From Planctomycetota bacterium (lineage in GTDB: Bacteria; Planctomycetota; UBA1135; UBA2386), in NCBI GenBank assembly GCA_947501605.1, contig CANMWZ010000002.1, positions 160,001 through 224,000 of the forward strand: DNA of 64,000 bases, written 5' to 3'. The notes below the pieces were generated by a model. It searched no databases. It was not told the origin of the DNA and was given only the letters and a program-made list of their open reading frames with translations. The position numbers and the translations under genes are program-made. Below are positions 19,698-29,983 of the stretch, piece by piece (the stretch's first letter is position 1; each line of letters opens with the position of its first letter).

Positions 19698-21517
19698 CTG
19701 CCTCGCCACCCGCACCGCGACTTGTCATTGGCATCGACCTTGGCACGACCAACTCTTTGGCCGCGATCCGCGCCGGCAGGGGCGCTCGGGTACTGCGTGA
19801 CAAGGACGGCGAGCCGCTGATTCCGAGCATCGTCTGCTTCCATCCTGACGGCCGCACGATCGTCGGCCGCGAAGCAAAGGCCCTTCGACTGTCGTTTCCG
19901 GAACGGACCGTCTTCTCGGCCAAGCGCCTGATCGGTCGAGCCGGCGCCGAAGTGGATCGCGAGGCCAGGCTGCTCCCGTACCGCGTACACCGTGGCGAAC
20001 GCGATCTCGCCCGCATCGCGGTCGCGGATCACGACTACGCACCCGAACAGATCGCGGCGATGGTGCTCCAGAAAGTGAAGTCCACTGCGGAGCATGCACT
20101 GGGCCAACCTGTGTCGGCAGCCGTGATCACGGTGCCGGCATGGTTCGATGACGGCCAGCGCCAGGCAACCCGAGATGCAGCGCACCTCGCCGGACTCGAG
20201 TGCTTGCGAATCGTCAACGAACCAACGGCAGCGTCGCTTGCCTACGGCATCGACGGCAGCAAGGACGGCACCGTCCTGGTCTACGACCTCGGTGGTGGCA
20301 CCTTCGACGTCTCGATTCTGCGCATCGACAGCGGTGTGTTTCGCGTTCTTGCCACGTCCGGCGACACGCATCTCGGGGGCGATGACTTCGACCAACTGCT
20401 CGTCGAGCGCATCCTCGGAGCAGTTTCGGTAGCAGCCCCGGATCCATACATGCTGCAGGCAGTGCGAGCTGCCGCTGAAGGTCTCAAGATCACCCTCAGT
20501 TCGGCCACCACTGCAACGCTGCGACTCGAGCTCGATGGCCATGCTCCCTTGGACATCAAGATCGATCGCGCAGAGTTCGAAGGGCTGCTGGCACCTTACC
20601 TTCAACGTACACTCGCCTGTTGCCGCCGTGCCCTGAGCGATGCCTCGCTCACCGCCGCTCAAATCGACGATGTGGTATTGGTCGGCGGCAGCACGCGCAT
20701 CCCCATGGTGCGGCATCTGCTCCATGCCGAACTAGGGCGCGCACCGCACACCGGAGTCGACCCCGACCTTGCCGTCGCCCTCGGCGCCGCCATCCAGGCT
20801 GACGTGCTTGCTGGCAACGACAAGTCACTGCTGCTCCTCGACGTCATCCCGCTGTCCCTCGGGATCGAGACGCTCGGCGGTGCGATGCAAAAGCTGATTC
20901 TGCGCAACAGCACGATTCCAACCAGCGCGACGGAGGAGTTCTCGATCGCCGTCGAAGGACAGACCGCCGTAGCCCTCAACATCTACCAAGGCGAACGGGA
21001 GCTCGTCCGCGATTGTCGCCAACTGGGCAGCTTCACGCTTCACGGTTTGCCGCCCATGCCGGCCGGCCTGCCACGCATCGCGGTGACGTTTCTGGTCGAT
21101 GCCGATGGCGTCCTGCGCGTGACTGCCATCGAACAGCGGACTGGCCACGAGGCCTCGATCCAGGTCGTGCCGACGTTTGGTCTGTCGCGCGATGAAGTTC
21201 GACGCATGATGCTCGACTCGATCGAGAATGCGCAGTCGGACTATGTCGCACGCGAAGCGATCGACTTGCGCAACAAGGCGCAGGCCATGGTGAGCGGCAC
21301 ACGCAAGGCACTTCAGCTCGCGTCGCTCCCCCCCGACCAGACCTTTGCTGTCCAGAAGTCCGCGCGTGCGCTCGAGAAGCTGCTCCAAGCCGACGCTGAC
21401 GCCTCGTCGCTCAAGGCCGCGACCGAGGAACTGAGCAAGCTGACCGCTACGATCGCTGACGACGTCATCAGTTCCGCGGTGAAGCGCGCACTAGGCGACG
21501 AGCAAAGCCATAGCTAG
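19694..21517 (+). CDS. hscA: Fe-S Hsp70 chaperone
   Basis: [49 protein letters not shown]; lies between hscB and fdx. Confidence 0.9.
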   Translation: MTASPPAPRLVIGIDLGTTNSLAAIRAGRGARVLRDKDGEPLIPSIVCFHPDGRTIVGREAKALRLSFPERTVFSAKRLIGRAGAEVDREARLLPYRVHRGERDLARIAVADHDYAPEQIAAMVLQKVKSTAEHALGQPVSAAVITVPAWFDDGQRQATRDAAHLAGLECLRIVNEPTAASLAYGIDGSKDGTVLVYDLGGGTFDVSILRIDSGVFRVLATSGDTHLGGDDFDQLLVERILGAVSVAAPDPYMLQAVRAAAEGLKITLSSATTATLRLELDGHAPLDIKIDRAEFEGLLAPYLQRTLACCRRALSDASLTAAQIDDVVLVGGSTRIPMVRHLLHAELGRAPHTGVDPDLAVALGAAIQADVLAGNDKSLLLLDVIPLSLGIETLGGAMQKLILRNSTIPTSATEEFSIAVEGQTAVALNIYQGERELVRDCRQLGSFTLHGLPPMPAGLPRIAVTFLVDADGVLRVTAIEQRTGHEASIQVVPTFGLSRDEVRRMMLDSIENAQSDYVAREAIDLRNKAQAMVSGTRKALQLASLPPDQTFAVQKSARALEKLLQADADASSLKAATEELSKLTATIADDVISSAVKRALGDEQSHS

Positions 21518-21536
21518 AACCGCCGGCCACGCCGAC

Positions 21537-21878
21537 ATGACTCAGCAAGTTCAACTACAGATCGAAGGCGATTCCCGCTCGTTCACGCTGGCGGTCGGAC
21601 AGTCGCTCCTCGAAGCCGCCATGACTCAGGGGCTGGCACTCGACCATGCATGCGGCGGTGTCTGCGCCTGCTCGACGTGCCACGTCAAGATTCGAAGCGG
21701 GCTCGACTGCTTCAGCGAACCGAGCGAAGACGAGTTGGATCAGCTGGACGAGGCGCGAGACACCGGACTGGAGTCGCGCCTCGGATGTCAGGCGCGGCTC
21801 CTGCGCCAACCCGCAGGCGGTCACGTTGCGATCACGATCCCGCGGTGGAACGTCAACGCAGTGCGCGAAGGCCACTGA
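21537..21878 (+). CDS. fdx: ISC-type [2Fe-2S] ferredoxin
   Basis: HACGGVCACSTCHV...SRLGCQ. Confidence 0.93.
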   Translation: MTQQVQLQIEGDSRSFTLAVGQSLLEAAMTQGLALDHACGGVCACSTCHVKIRSGLDCFSEPSEDELDQLDEARDTGLESRLGCQARLLRQPAGGHVAITIPRWNVNAVREGH

Positions 21879-21887
21879 TCAGCCGGC

Positions 21888-23597
21888 TCAGTCTGCCCGC
21901 CGCACCAGCACGATCAGCTCCCGTCCCACCGCGAGCAGTGGTGAAGTGCACCGCCACGTGGCAGCATGGTCGCGGCGCAGGGGCAACTGCCCCTGTACCG
22001 GCAACCGCGATAGAGGGATCGACTCGATCCGAACGATGTCGGCCGGGAGCTGCACGGATGGCTGCTCGTGGGCCACGGCCGAGTTGCTGCTCGCCGCCGT
22101 AGCCGACACCATGCTTCCCGACCGCAGCACCTGGTTCAGCTGCACCAGCCGTCCTTCAATCGCACCGCGCCAAGACAGTTCGCCCTCGATCTCGACGAGG
22201 TTGTCGCCGCAGCGAACGTTGAGGAACAGGCCCGCAGCGAGCCGCTCCACCTTGGGATCCGGGATGCGGGCTGCCTGTGCGACCTCGACATCCCAATCCG
22301 GCACGTAGCCCAACTCCTCGTAGGCCGTGACACAGGCCCAACTACCAAGCACTGTCTGCAGTTCGACATCAGCCAGACGACGAGCTAAAGGCAGCGACCC
22401 GTCATCACCGGGCTTACTGCCAGCGGGAGCATCGAACGCTTCAATGTGGATGGACACCGCAGTTTGCTGCTGGACCCGAGCACGCTGCAAGGCGCGCAGT
22501 GCGGTTGCCTCCGCGTCGATGCCGAAGTTTGCCGTCACACTCTCCGCCGCACGCGCCACAGCGTTGGCGGCCTCCAACGCCGACTGGAACTCGGTGATCA
22601 CTGCTGGGACTTCCTCGCTCCCTTCACGCAACCAGGGCACGCTGCGGAAGCCACGAAAGTCCGGCCACCGCGGAAGATACTCCACGTCACGCGCGCCTAC
22701 GGAAGTCGGGGCCGGCACTTGCCACGTCGGGACAAGCCGCAGTTCGAACGCAGCCGCAGCCCCCTGCCAACGCTGGCGGACGGCACCGCCGACCCGCCCC
22801 TGCACCACGCCAGCGAACTCGTGGACGACTTGGTGAATGCGGTCGATCGCGCCGCACGCAGTCTCCCCGGACTCGAATCGACTCTCTGCCCCAGGCTCCA
22901 CCACGCGAGCGAGTACCTCGAACCACCCGTCGGGGGAACCGAGGGCGACGATCGGACGCACCGCGACCATCGCGCCGCAGTCCCAGCGAGTCGCAATGGG
23001 GTTTGCCGTCACCGAGCCCTGCGCGATCTCGACGTCGAACTCGAACACAGCGTTCGACTCCTGGACAGCACTCGCCCACCCGCGACGACCAGCACTGACT
23101 TCCAGACTGCGCGCGAGCATGACGTGTTCACCCTCGGCATCGATGCGCACCAACTGCAGATCGAAGCGGACGATCGGCGGCAGACGCTGGCGCAGCTCGT
23201 CGAGCAAAGACCCAATCGGTGCGCGGAGGCTCTGCGACACCATGAGCATCGAGCCACCCTGCAAGATCCGAAGGCTCGGTTCGTCTCGGTCCAAGAGGTC
23301 CGAAAGGACCATCCGGAAGGCGTCCTCGCTGAACCACGCGTTCGCCTGCTCTTTCAGCACGTAGGGCTGCGAAGGGACATCCGAGCCGAACTCGACCCAC
23401 GTCTCTTCGCCGCGCAGATGACGCCGACCGTGCACCGGTGCGGTGGTGAGATACGGACTACTGCAGGGGGCGGGCTGAAGCAGGTCTCCCACGCGCAGGA
23501 ATGCCTGGTCTACTCCTTCCTGCGCCGTGACCTTGGCGAGGAACACCAGGCAGGTCGATCCGAACCCGAACTGCATCACTCTTGAGATCTCGTCCAT
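21888..23597 (-). CDS. Exported protein with two secretin-like repeats
   Basis: Signal-like N-terminus; the motif (F/W)DVE(I/V)AQ...(A/P)(N/D)P...G...VR occurs twice. Confidence 0.5.
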   Translation of the reverse strand: MDEISRVMQFGFGSTCLVFLAKVTAQEGVDQAFLRVGDLLQPAPCSSPYLTTAPVHGRRHLRGEETWVEFGSDVPSQPYVLKEQANAWFSEDAFRMVLSDLLDRDEPSLRILQGGSMLMVSQSLRAPIGSLLDELRQRLPPIVRFDLQLVRIDAEGEHVMLARSLEVSAGRRGWASAVQESNAVFEFDVEIAQGSVTANPIATRWDCGAMVAVRPIVALGSPDGWFEVLARVVEPGAESRFESGETACGAIDRIHQVVHEFAGVVQGRVGGAVRQRWQGAAAAFELRLVPTWQVPAPTSVGARDVEYLPRWPDFRGFRSVPWLREGSEEVPAVITEFQSALEAANAVARAAESVTANFGIDAEATALRALQRARVQQQTAVSIHIEAFDAPAGSKPGDDGSLPLARRLADVELQTVLGSWACVTAYEELGYVPDWDVEVAQAARIPDPKVERLAAGLFLNVRCGDNLVEIEGELSWRGAIEGRLVQLNQVLRSGSMVSATAASSNSAVAHEQPSVQLPADIVRIESIPLSRLPVQGQLPLRRDHAATWRCTSPLLAVGRELIVLVRRAD

Positions 23598-23746
23598 TCG
23601 TGAATGATGCCACGCTGCATGTCGCCTCAGAACGGGAGGGGAGGAACTCAGACGTCGATTGTCGCCTAGGGGGGACAGCCGCCATCCCGCGAGGGTCGGC
23701 TCGCAGCGTTGCCGTGGGCGCCTACGAGTCGCTATGGTTCGCCGCA

Positions 23747-25726
23747 ATGCTCGACGTCAAAGACCCACTCCAACTCGCTGCCGACACGATCCGCTGCCTG
23801 TCGATCGATGCGGTGCAGAAGGCCGAATCGGGCCACCCAGGGCTGCCGATGGGCATGGCCGATGCGGCAGTCGTGCTGTGGACGGAGTTCCTGAAGTGGA
23901 GCCCGCTGGACCCGAACTGGCCCGGCCGTGATCGCTTCGTGCTTTCGGCCGGCCACGGCTCGATGCTGCTCTACTCGCTTTTGCATCTGTCCGGCTACGA
24001 CGTGTCACTGGCCGACATCCAGCAGTTCCGCCAGTTGCACAGCAAGACACCAGGACATCCAGAAGTCGGGGAGACGCCAGGTGTCGAGACCACGACCGGA
24101 CCGCTGGGCGCTGGGCTCAGCAATGGCGTGGGCATGGCAATCGCGGCGCTGATGGAAGCCGCGCAGTGCGACAACCCTCTACTCGCGACCCGAGTGTTTG
24201 GCATTGTCAGCGATGGCGATCTGATGGAGGGCATCAGCCATGAGGCGGCATCTCTCGCAGGCCACTTGAAGCTCTCGAATCTCGTCTATCTCTACGACGA
24301 CAACGGCATCACGATCGAAGGTCACACGGAGATCGCCTACAGCGAAGACACGAAGAAGCGATTCGAGGCCTATGGCTGGTTCGTCCAAAGCTGTGATGGG
24401 CACAACATGCATCAGGTGCGGCGCGCCCTCACGGCCGCGATCGACGAGCCAACCCGTCCAAGCCTGATCTGCTGCAAGACCACAATTGGCAAGGGCTCCC
24501 CCAACAAGGCAAACACCCACGAAGTGCACGGAGCGCCCCTTGGGGCCGACGAAATCCGTTTGACCAAAGCGGCACTCGGGATGTCACAAGAAGCGTTCCA
24601 TGTCGACCCCCGCGCCAAGGCCGTGTTCGAGACCGCCGCAGCAAAGAACGAGCACCTTCGACGACAGTGGCAACAAGCCATGCAAGCTTACGAGCAGGCC
24701 CATCCAGCGAAGCACGCAGCGTGGCAGTCATTCCGGGCCCGCACGGTGCCTCAGAACCTCTACGCCGAATTGCACAAAGCGGCCGGCGACGCGCCCTCGG
24801 TGGCGACGCGCGTGCTGTCGGGCAATGTGATCCAGAGGGCAGCAGAACTGGTTCCGTCGCTGGTCGGCGGCAGCGCCGACCTCGATCCTTCGACGAAGAC
24901 TCGGATCAAGAAGAGTCCGAGCTTCACGGCGAAGGAGCGAGCCGGCCGCAACTTCCACTTCGGCATCCGCGAACACGGTATGGGCGGCATCCTCAACGGG
25001 ATGGCGCTCCACGGTGGCTTCCTGCCGATGGGCAGCACGTTTCTGGTCTTTGCCGACTACATGCGCCCGGCAATTCGCCTCGCTTCGCTCATGAAGCTAC
25101 CCGTCACCTTCGTGTTCACGCACGACAGCCTGATGGTCGGTGAGGACGGCCCAACACACGAACCTGTCGAGCACCTAGCCTCGCTCCGCATCATCCCCAA
25201 CCTCCATGTATTCCGACCGGCAGATGCCATGGAGACGGCCGCCGCATGGACCCATGCTCTGACCCGTCGAGACGGACCAGTTTGCCTATCGCTGACGCGC
25301 CAGAACCTGCCGCTTCTACAGCGCGCAGTTGCCTTCGATCCCGGGCTTGTGCTCCGCGGCGGCTACGTACTGCGCGAGTCCTCGGCAGCCAAGGCCACGA
25401 TGATCGCGACCGGAGCAGAAGTCTCGCTCGCCCTCGACGCCGCGGCGACGCTCGGCAAGTCTGGCATCGATGTACGCGTCGTGTCGATGCCCTGCTGTGA
25501 GCTGTTCTTGCGCCAGTCCGCCGACTATCGCAGTGCTGTGCTCGGCACGCTCCCCGTGTTTGCGCTGGAGATGGGTCGCCCCGAGCTCTGGTGCCAGTTC
25601 ACCGGGCGCATTGACCGCGTGATTGGTCAGAGCACGTTTGGTGCCAGCGCGCCGTGCAAGCAGTTGGCCGAGCACTTCGGGTTCACCGCCGACCATGTCG
25701 CCGCCCGCGTGCGAGCGGCCCTCTGA
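23747..25726 (+). CDS. tkt: Transketolase
   Basis: SGHPGLPMG, RDRFVLSAGHGS, SDGDLMEGISHEA, FGIREHGM, THDSLMVGEDGPTHEP. Confidence 0.97.
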   Translation: MLDVKDPLQLAADTIRCLSIDAVQKAESGHPGLPMGMADAAVVLWTEFLKWSPLDPNWPGRDRFVLSAGHGSMLLYSLLHLSGYDVSLADIQQFRQLHSKTPGHPEVGETPGVETTTGPLGAGLSNGVGMAIAALMEAAQCDNPLLATRVFGIVSDGDLMEGISHEAASLAGHLKLSNLVYLYDDNGITIEGHTEIAYSEDTKKRFEAYGWFVQSCDGHNMHQVRRALTAAIDEPTRPSLICCKTTIGKGSPNKANTHEVHGAPLGADEIRLTKAALGMSQEAFHVDPRAKAVFETAAAKNEHLRRQWQQAMQAYEQAHPAKHAAWQSFRARTVPQNLYAELHKAAGDAPSVATRVLSGNVIQRAAELVPSLVGGSADLDPSTKTRIKKSPSFTAKERAGRNFHFGIREHGMGGILNGMALHGGFLPMGSTFLVFADYMRPAIRLASLMKLPVTFVFTHDSLMVGEDGPTHEPVEHLASLRIIPNLHVFRPADAMETAAAWTHALTRRDGPVCLSLTRQNLPLLQRAVAFDPGLVLRGGYVLRESSAAKATMIATGAEVSLALDAAATLGKSGIDVRVVSMPCCELFLRQSADYRSAVLGTLPVFALEMGRPELWCQFTGRIDRVIGQSTFGASAPCKQLAEHFGFTADHVAARVRAAL

Positions 25727-25857
25727 GCAACCTTTGTGACGGGAGCGTCCGCCGCTGCATGTTCGGTTGCAGGGGGAAGTCTGAGTCACGGACGCGAGAA
25801 GCGCACAGACTGTCTGATTGGAGCTAGAGACCGTGCCGCGCCGCTAGAATCTCCCCC

Positions 25858-26658
25858 ATGAGAAGTTCCGCTGCACTACTCGCTTCGCTCGTTGCCATCT
25901 CGCTGGCTGGAGTGCCTGCACAGGACAAGACCCCGGCTGCCGTCGACCCAACGCTTCCTGACCAGATCACCAAGCTCAAGACCATGGTCAAGGACAAGTC
26001 CATGGAACAGGACTTCTTGGCGATGAACCTTGTCACTGCGATGACGGAGAAGTTCGCTGACAAGAACCCCAAGGATCAGCGAGCTGTGGTGGCGGCGCTT
26101 GGCGACGTTTTCAAACTCGGTCCGATTCGCCCGGTGGACAAACTACAGCTCTATCGGACCGCTACAGACGCACTCGGGCTCTGCGGTGAAGAAGCGGCAA
26201 CGACACTGCGCAAGACGTTTGAGCTCGATCGTCTCGGTGACAAGGACTTCACTTCGCTGCGAGCGGCCATTGTGATCGCAATCGGCAAGACGAAGGACGA
26301 GAAGCAGGCCGACTGGCTGCTCGAGACCGCGATGCGATGCCCCGATGATGAAGTGGCAGCGGCGGCAGGCGAGGCTCTGAGCAACTACGACTTCCTGCCG
26401 ATGGCGAAGACCAAGGACATCTGTAAGCGACTGATCGGACGCTATGGCGAGATCGATATGAAGGCGCGCCAGCCTCAGTCCAACGATCCCAATGCGCCCA
26501 TCGACTTCGGCCCGCAAAACGCTGCCAAGACACTCGAGTGGGTCGCAGCTCGGTGGAACGCTACTCTGACACACTTGACCGGCGAGACACACCAGCAGGC
26601 CGCCGAATGGCAGCGCTGGCTCAACAAGAACAAAGACTGGGAGCGAAAGCGCAAGTAA
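25858..26658 (+). CDS. Exported HEAT-repeat-like helical protein
   Basis: Signal peptide; HEAT-like LRAAIVIAIGK and VAAAAGEAL; C-terminal LTHLTG...WQRW. Confidence 0.65.
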   Translation: MRSSAALLASLVAISLAGVPAQDKTPAAVDPTLPDQITKLKTMVKDKSMEQDFLAMNLVTAMTEKFADKNPKDQRAVVAALGDVFKLGPIRPVDKLQLYRTATDALGLCGEEAATTLRKTFELDRLGDKDFTSLRAAIVIAIGKTKDEKQADWLLETAMRCPDDEVAAAAGEALSNYDFLPMAKTKDICKRLIGRYGEIDMKARQPQSNDPNAPIDFGPQNAAKTLEWVAARWNATLTHLTGETHQQAAEWQRWLNKNKDWERKRK

Positions 26659-26670
26659 GGAGCGCCCGAC

Positions 26671-27957
26671 TCACAGCTCCTTGATCTCGATGGCGCGGAA
26701 CTCGACTGGGTCATTGTGGCCACAGAAGCCGAAGTGACCTTCCGTGCGCAGACGCCCCGGATGTTCATGGCCGCTGAGTGGCTTTGCGATTGCCGCGACG
26801 TCGGCGTTGACGATCGTCGTACCGTTCAGAGTCACTCGAATCCGACTGCCTTTGACTTCCACTTCCTCGTAGTTCCAGTCGCCGACAGCACGCAGGTAGC
26901 CGCGGTGTGCCGGCACGAGCCCGTAGAGCGACCCGTGAAACTGCCAGGGCTTGAGGTTCGTGTACTGTGCCGCACTGTCATCCAGCACTTGAATCTCGAT
27001 CGCTTCGTAGGCGGCGTCACCCATTCCCGGGTAGCGAATTGCCAGCCCGTTGTTGCCGCCAGGAGGCAGTCGGAACTGCAGACGCACAACGAAGTCGTCG
27101 TAGACCGACTTGGTGAACAAGTTGCCGCCATGGCCTGCACGACAACGGATCGCGCCATCTCGGATCTCGTAGCTCTCGACATCGCCCTCGAACCCGGCAA
27201 ACGTCGAGCCGTCGAAGATGGCTCTGAACCCCTCTCCCGAATGCGCGCGTAGCGCGGCATTGGCCTCGCCTGCACCGATGGCGCGAGCCTCTACGTTGCG
27301 GAAGCGGATCTCGCCACCGTGTGTTTGCAGCTGGATGGGGCCCTTCGCCAGCAGTGGAAGTTCGGCCTTCCAGAAGTTCTCCATCACGACGTGGTCGACG
27401 ACGAGCTTCTGATTGAGCCATACGGAGGTGCACTCGCCCAGTTGAACGATGCGAAGGTGGTTCCATTCACCGAACGCGCGATCGGCGAAGACCATTGGCA
27501 TGCGCTCGTTGCGCTTGTTGTTCCACAAGCCACCGCTGCCCTTGTCGGCACCGAGGTTCCACTTGCCACCTTTCTCGGTGGTATCCCAGATTTGTACCTG
27601 TGGGGTCGCGCGCAGATAAATGCCAGAGTCCGCGAGCGCGACGGTCTTGTAGTCGAGCTCAAGCTCTAAATCGCCGAACTCCGCGTCGCTCGTGAGATAG
27701 GGCCCCTCGCCGTCATTGACCAGGTCGCTGCCCTCGATCTTCCAGTGCGGTGCAAGAGCGGCATCGTCTCTTGCCCGCATCGCGGTGCGCTCTTCGCCGT
27801 TCATCGCCAAGAGAGCGTAGGGGTCGAAGTGCCCCATCCCATGCCAGCCAGCGAGACTCTTGCCGTCGAACAACGGCACCAGTGGATTGGGCTTCTGCTC
27901 TTGGCCCAAGGCAGTTCCAAGTGAGAGCAACGTGAACAGAGCCAACGAGCGTAGCAT
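26671..27957 (-). CDS. Tandem DUF1080 (3-keto-disaccharide hydrolase-like) exported protein
   Basis: Two repeats: LFDGKSLAGW..DSGIYLR..GEWN..LQTHG and IFDGSTFAGF..NNGLAIR..GDWN..GFCGH. Confidence 0.85.
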   Translation of the reverse strand: MLRSLALFTLLSLGTALGQEQKPNPLVPLFDGKSLAGWHGMGHFDPYALLAMNGEERTAMRARDDAALAPHWKIEGSDLVNDGEGPYLTSDAEFGDLELELDYKTVALADSGIYLRATPQVQIWDTTEKGGKWNLGADKGSGGLWNNKRNERMPMVFADRAFGEWNHLRIVQLGECTSVWLNQKLVVDHVVMENFWKAELPLLAKGPIQLQTHGGEIRFRNVEARAIGAGEANAALRAHSGEGFRAIFDGSTFAGFEGDVESYEIRDGAIRCRAGHGGNLFTKSVYDDFVVRLQFRLPPGGNNGLAIRYPGMGDAAYEAIEIQVLDDSAAQYTNLKPWQFHGSLYGLVPAHRGYLRAVGDWNYEEVEVKGSRIRVTLNGTTIVNADVAAIAKPLSGHEHPGRLRTEGHFGFCGHNDPVEFRAIEIKEL

Positions 27958-28050
27958 GTCCGCAAACTACAGGACTGGCGGTGAGTACGCACGCGCGGGT
28001 GCGCCGAGGCCATTCCCCGTCGCACCCGCACGTTCCGGACCGCCGCTTGC

Positions 28051-28902
28051 TCAGCGCACTGTGACGACCTGTGGTTCGATGACCATCGTCGACTGAACAC
28101 TTCCCGTCGATGCATCACCACAGGCGAAGTGATCGCGAATCTCACGAAGGACATCCCTGGTCGGTTCCGCGACCGCGAGCGGGTCGTCGTCGTGACAGAT
28201 CATGTCGTTCTCGAGCATCTTCTGCGCGACGTCGAGGCGCTTCTGCACCTTGGCAAGGGCTTCCTTGGCCTGGCTCAGCGCGCTGTCGTCGAGGTCAAAG
28301 CGCTTCTGGCTCGCACCCATCGTTTGGATCCAGTGCTGTTGTGTGCGCAGCGAACGGACTTGGTCGGCGAGCACTTCCTTCTCGGAACGAACGGCCGACA
28401 GGCGCTGCTTGGCGACGTTGACCGACTCGCTTTGGCGCGCAATCAGACTGCGCTTCGTCTCCAGGATCTTCTGGTTGTTGCGGAACGAGTCCAGCGTCCG
28501 TTGGAGGTCTCGCTCGACACGACGGCGCGTCATGGTGTCATTGGCAAGCGTGTACGTTGCGGCACCATCGCTTCCGAGCAGGCGTGCACCGGTCTTCAGT
28601 CGCTTCTCCTCGTGACCGACGGATTGCTCGAGGTCGATCACCGAAGACTGGAGTTCTTCCAGTTCGACCTCGGCCCGCGCCACATCGCGCTTGCAGGTCT
28701 CGATCTGCGGATCGATCTGCAGGATGAGGTTCTCAGCGCGCTTGATCTCGAACTCGACTGGAATCGCACCCTCGATGCCTTCGTGGACGGAGCCCGCCAC
28801 AGTGCCGAGGTAACTGCCGAGGTTTGTGCCGAAGAGTAGAAAACCCGTCCCGGCGAGCACCGCACCGGTGAGGACCGTGAACTTGATAGCCTTGAGGATC
28901 AT
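28051..28902 (-). CDS. Membrane-anchored coiled-coil protein (PspA-like architecture)
   Basis: N-terminal TM/signal (FTVLTGAVLAGTGFLLFG), IPVEFEIKRA, long heptad region. Confidence 0.7.
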   Translation of the reverse strand: MILKAIKFTVLTGAVLAGTGFLLFGTNLGSYLGTVAGSVHEGIEGAIPVEFEIKRAENLILQIDPQIETCKRDVARAEVELEELQSSVIDLEQSVGHEEKRLKTGARLLGSDGAATYTLANDTMTRRRVERDLQRTLDSFRNNQKILETKRSLIARQSESVNVAKQRLSAVRSEKEVLADQVRSLRTQQHWIQTMGASQKRFDLDDSALSQAKEALAKVQKRLDVAQKMLENDMICHDDDPLAVAEPTRDVLREIRDHFACGDASTGSVQSTMVIEPQVVTVR

Positions 28903-29006
28903 GTCGTCTCCGTTGCCAGGACCAGTGGGAGCCAACATCGGCTCCGACAACTGACCTTTCGACCGGGACGACCTTTATTCGCGTTGCGCCCAGATTCCCG
29001 GCGTTC

Positions 29007-29306
29007 TCAGCGACGGCGGTCCCGCAACGCTGTCGCGGTTGACCGCAGCAACCGGTCGCGCAAGTCGACGAGCGGCGAAGCCTTCGCAGCATCCTCGCGG
29101 GCGCGAAGGTCTGCAGTCACCGCGTTGCAATACGGGCACTGGCTCTCGTCGAGGTGGAACTTCACGAACTCAGCAGCGCCAGCCTCGAGGCCATCCTGCA
29201 TCCAACTCTGCAGCAGATCTGGATGGGGGCACGAGATCCGAGCCTCGCGCCAGACACTGGCGACGGTGAAGGCAACATCAGGATCGAAATCGTCAGCGCC
29301 GCTCAT
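29007..29306 (-). CDS. Small zinc-binding, anti-sigma-like protein
   Basis: SCPHPD...FHLDESQCPYCNA; ATGA overlap with the sigma factor stop codon. Confidence 0.65.
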   Translation of the reverse strand: MSGADDFDPDVAFTVASVWREARISCPHPDLLQSWMQDGLEAGAAEFVKFHLDESQCPYCNAVTADLRAREDAAKASPLVDLRDRLLRSTATALRDRRR

Positions 29307-29956
29307 CGGGCCCCCGGGCTCCACAGCCCCTTGAACAGGGAATGGTTCGGATCAGACCGACGGGCCAAGCCGCGCAGTTTGTCGATGGCTCGGAACTTGA
29401 TACCGGCGACGGCCTTCTCATCAGCGATACCAAATCGCACGGCGGCGTCCTTGTTGCGGGTCCCGAGCACAAACAGGGACTCGAGCACCATCAACCTCTG
29501 AAACTCACCTGCTGCCCACAACTCGCTGACGAACTCCTTCAGTATGCCGGCGAGTATCTGGCGTTGGCGCGAGTTGTCCTCGCTCTTCACCGCGGTCTCC
29601 TTCGGCGTGGCGGCACCGACATCGGCCATATTCTCAAGCCAGATTCGACTCCGCTCCCCATCGTCGTCAGCCTTGGGTGAGACCAGCGCGATCTTGTGCT
29701 TGCGGTAGTGATCGATGACCCGGTTTTTCGCAATCCCGAACAGGAACTGGTCAAGCGTGTAGGCCGTGTCGAACGAGGCGATGCCGCGGACGGCCCCGAG
29801 GAAGACATCTTGGGTCAGGTCCTCAGCAGTCTGATGATCCTGCACGTATCGCTTCACGAAGAAGTAGATGCGGCGAAAGTAGTCGTCTTGAAGCGAGGTC
29901 CAGGCCGCATCATCCATGGCCTGCAAACTGCGGATGTCGTGGTCTTCGGCACTCAT
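29303..29956 (-). CDS. ECF RNA polymerase sigma factor
   Basis: Sigma2: TAEDLTQDVFL...FLFGIAKNRVIDHYRK; sigma4-like C-terminal HTH. Confidence 0.88.
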   Translation of the reverse strand: MSAEDHDIRSLQAMDDAAWTSLQDDYFRRIYFFVKRYVQDHQTAEDLTQDVFLGAVRGIASFDTAYTLDQFLFGIAKNRVIDHYRKHKIALVSPKADDDGERSRIWLENMADVGAATPKETAVKSEDNSRQRQILAGILKEFVSELWAAGEFQRLMVLESLFVLGTRNKDAAVRFGIADEKAVAGIKFRAIDKLRGLARRSDPNHSLFKGLWSPGAR

Positions 29957-29983
29957 TATCGGATCGCCGCCGTACGCACCCGA

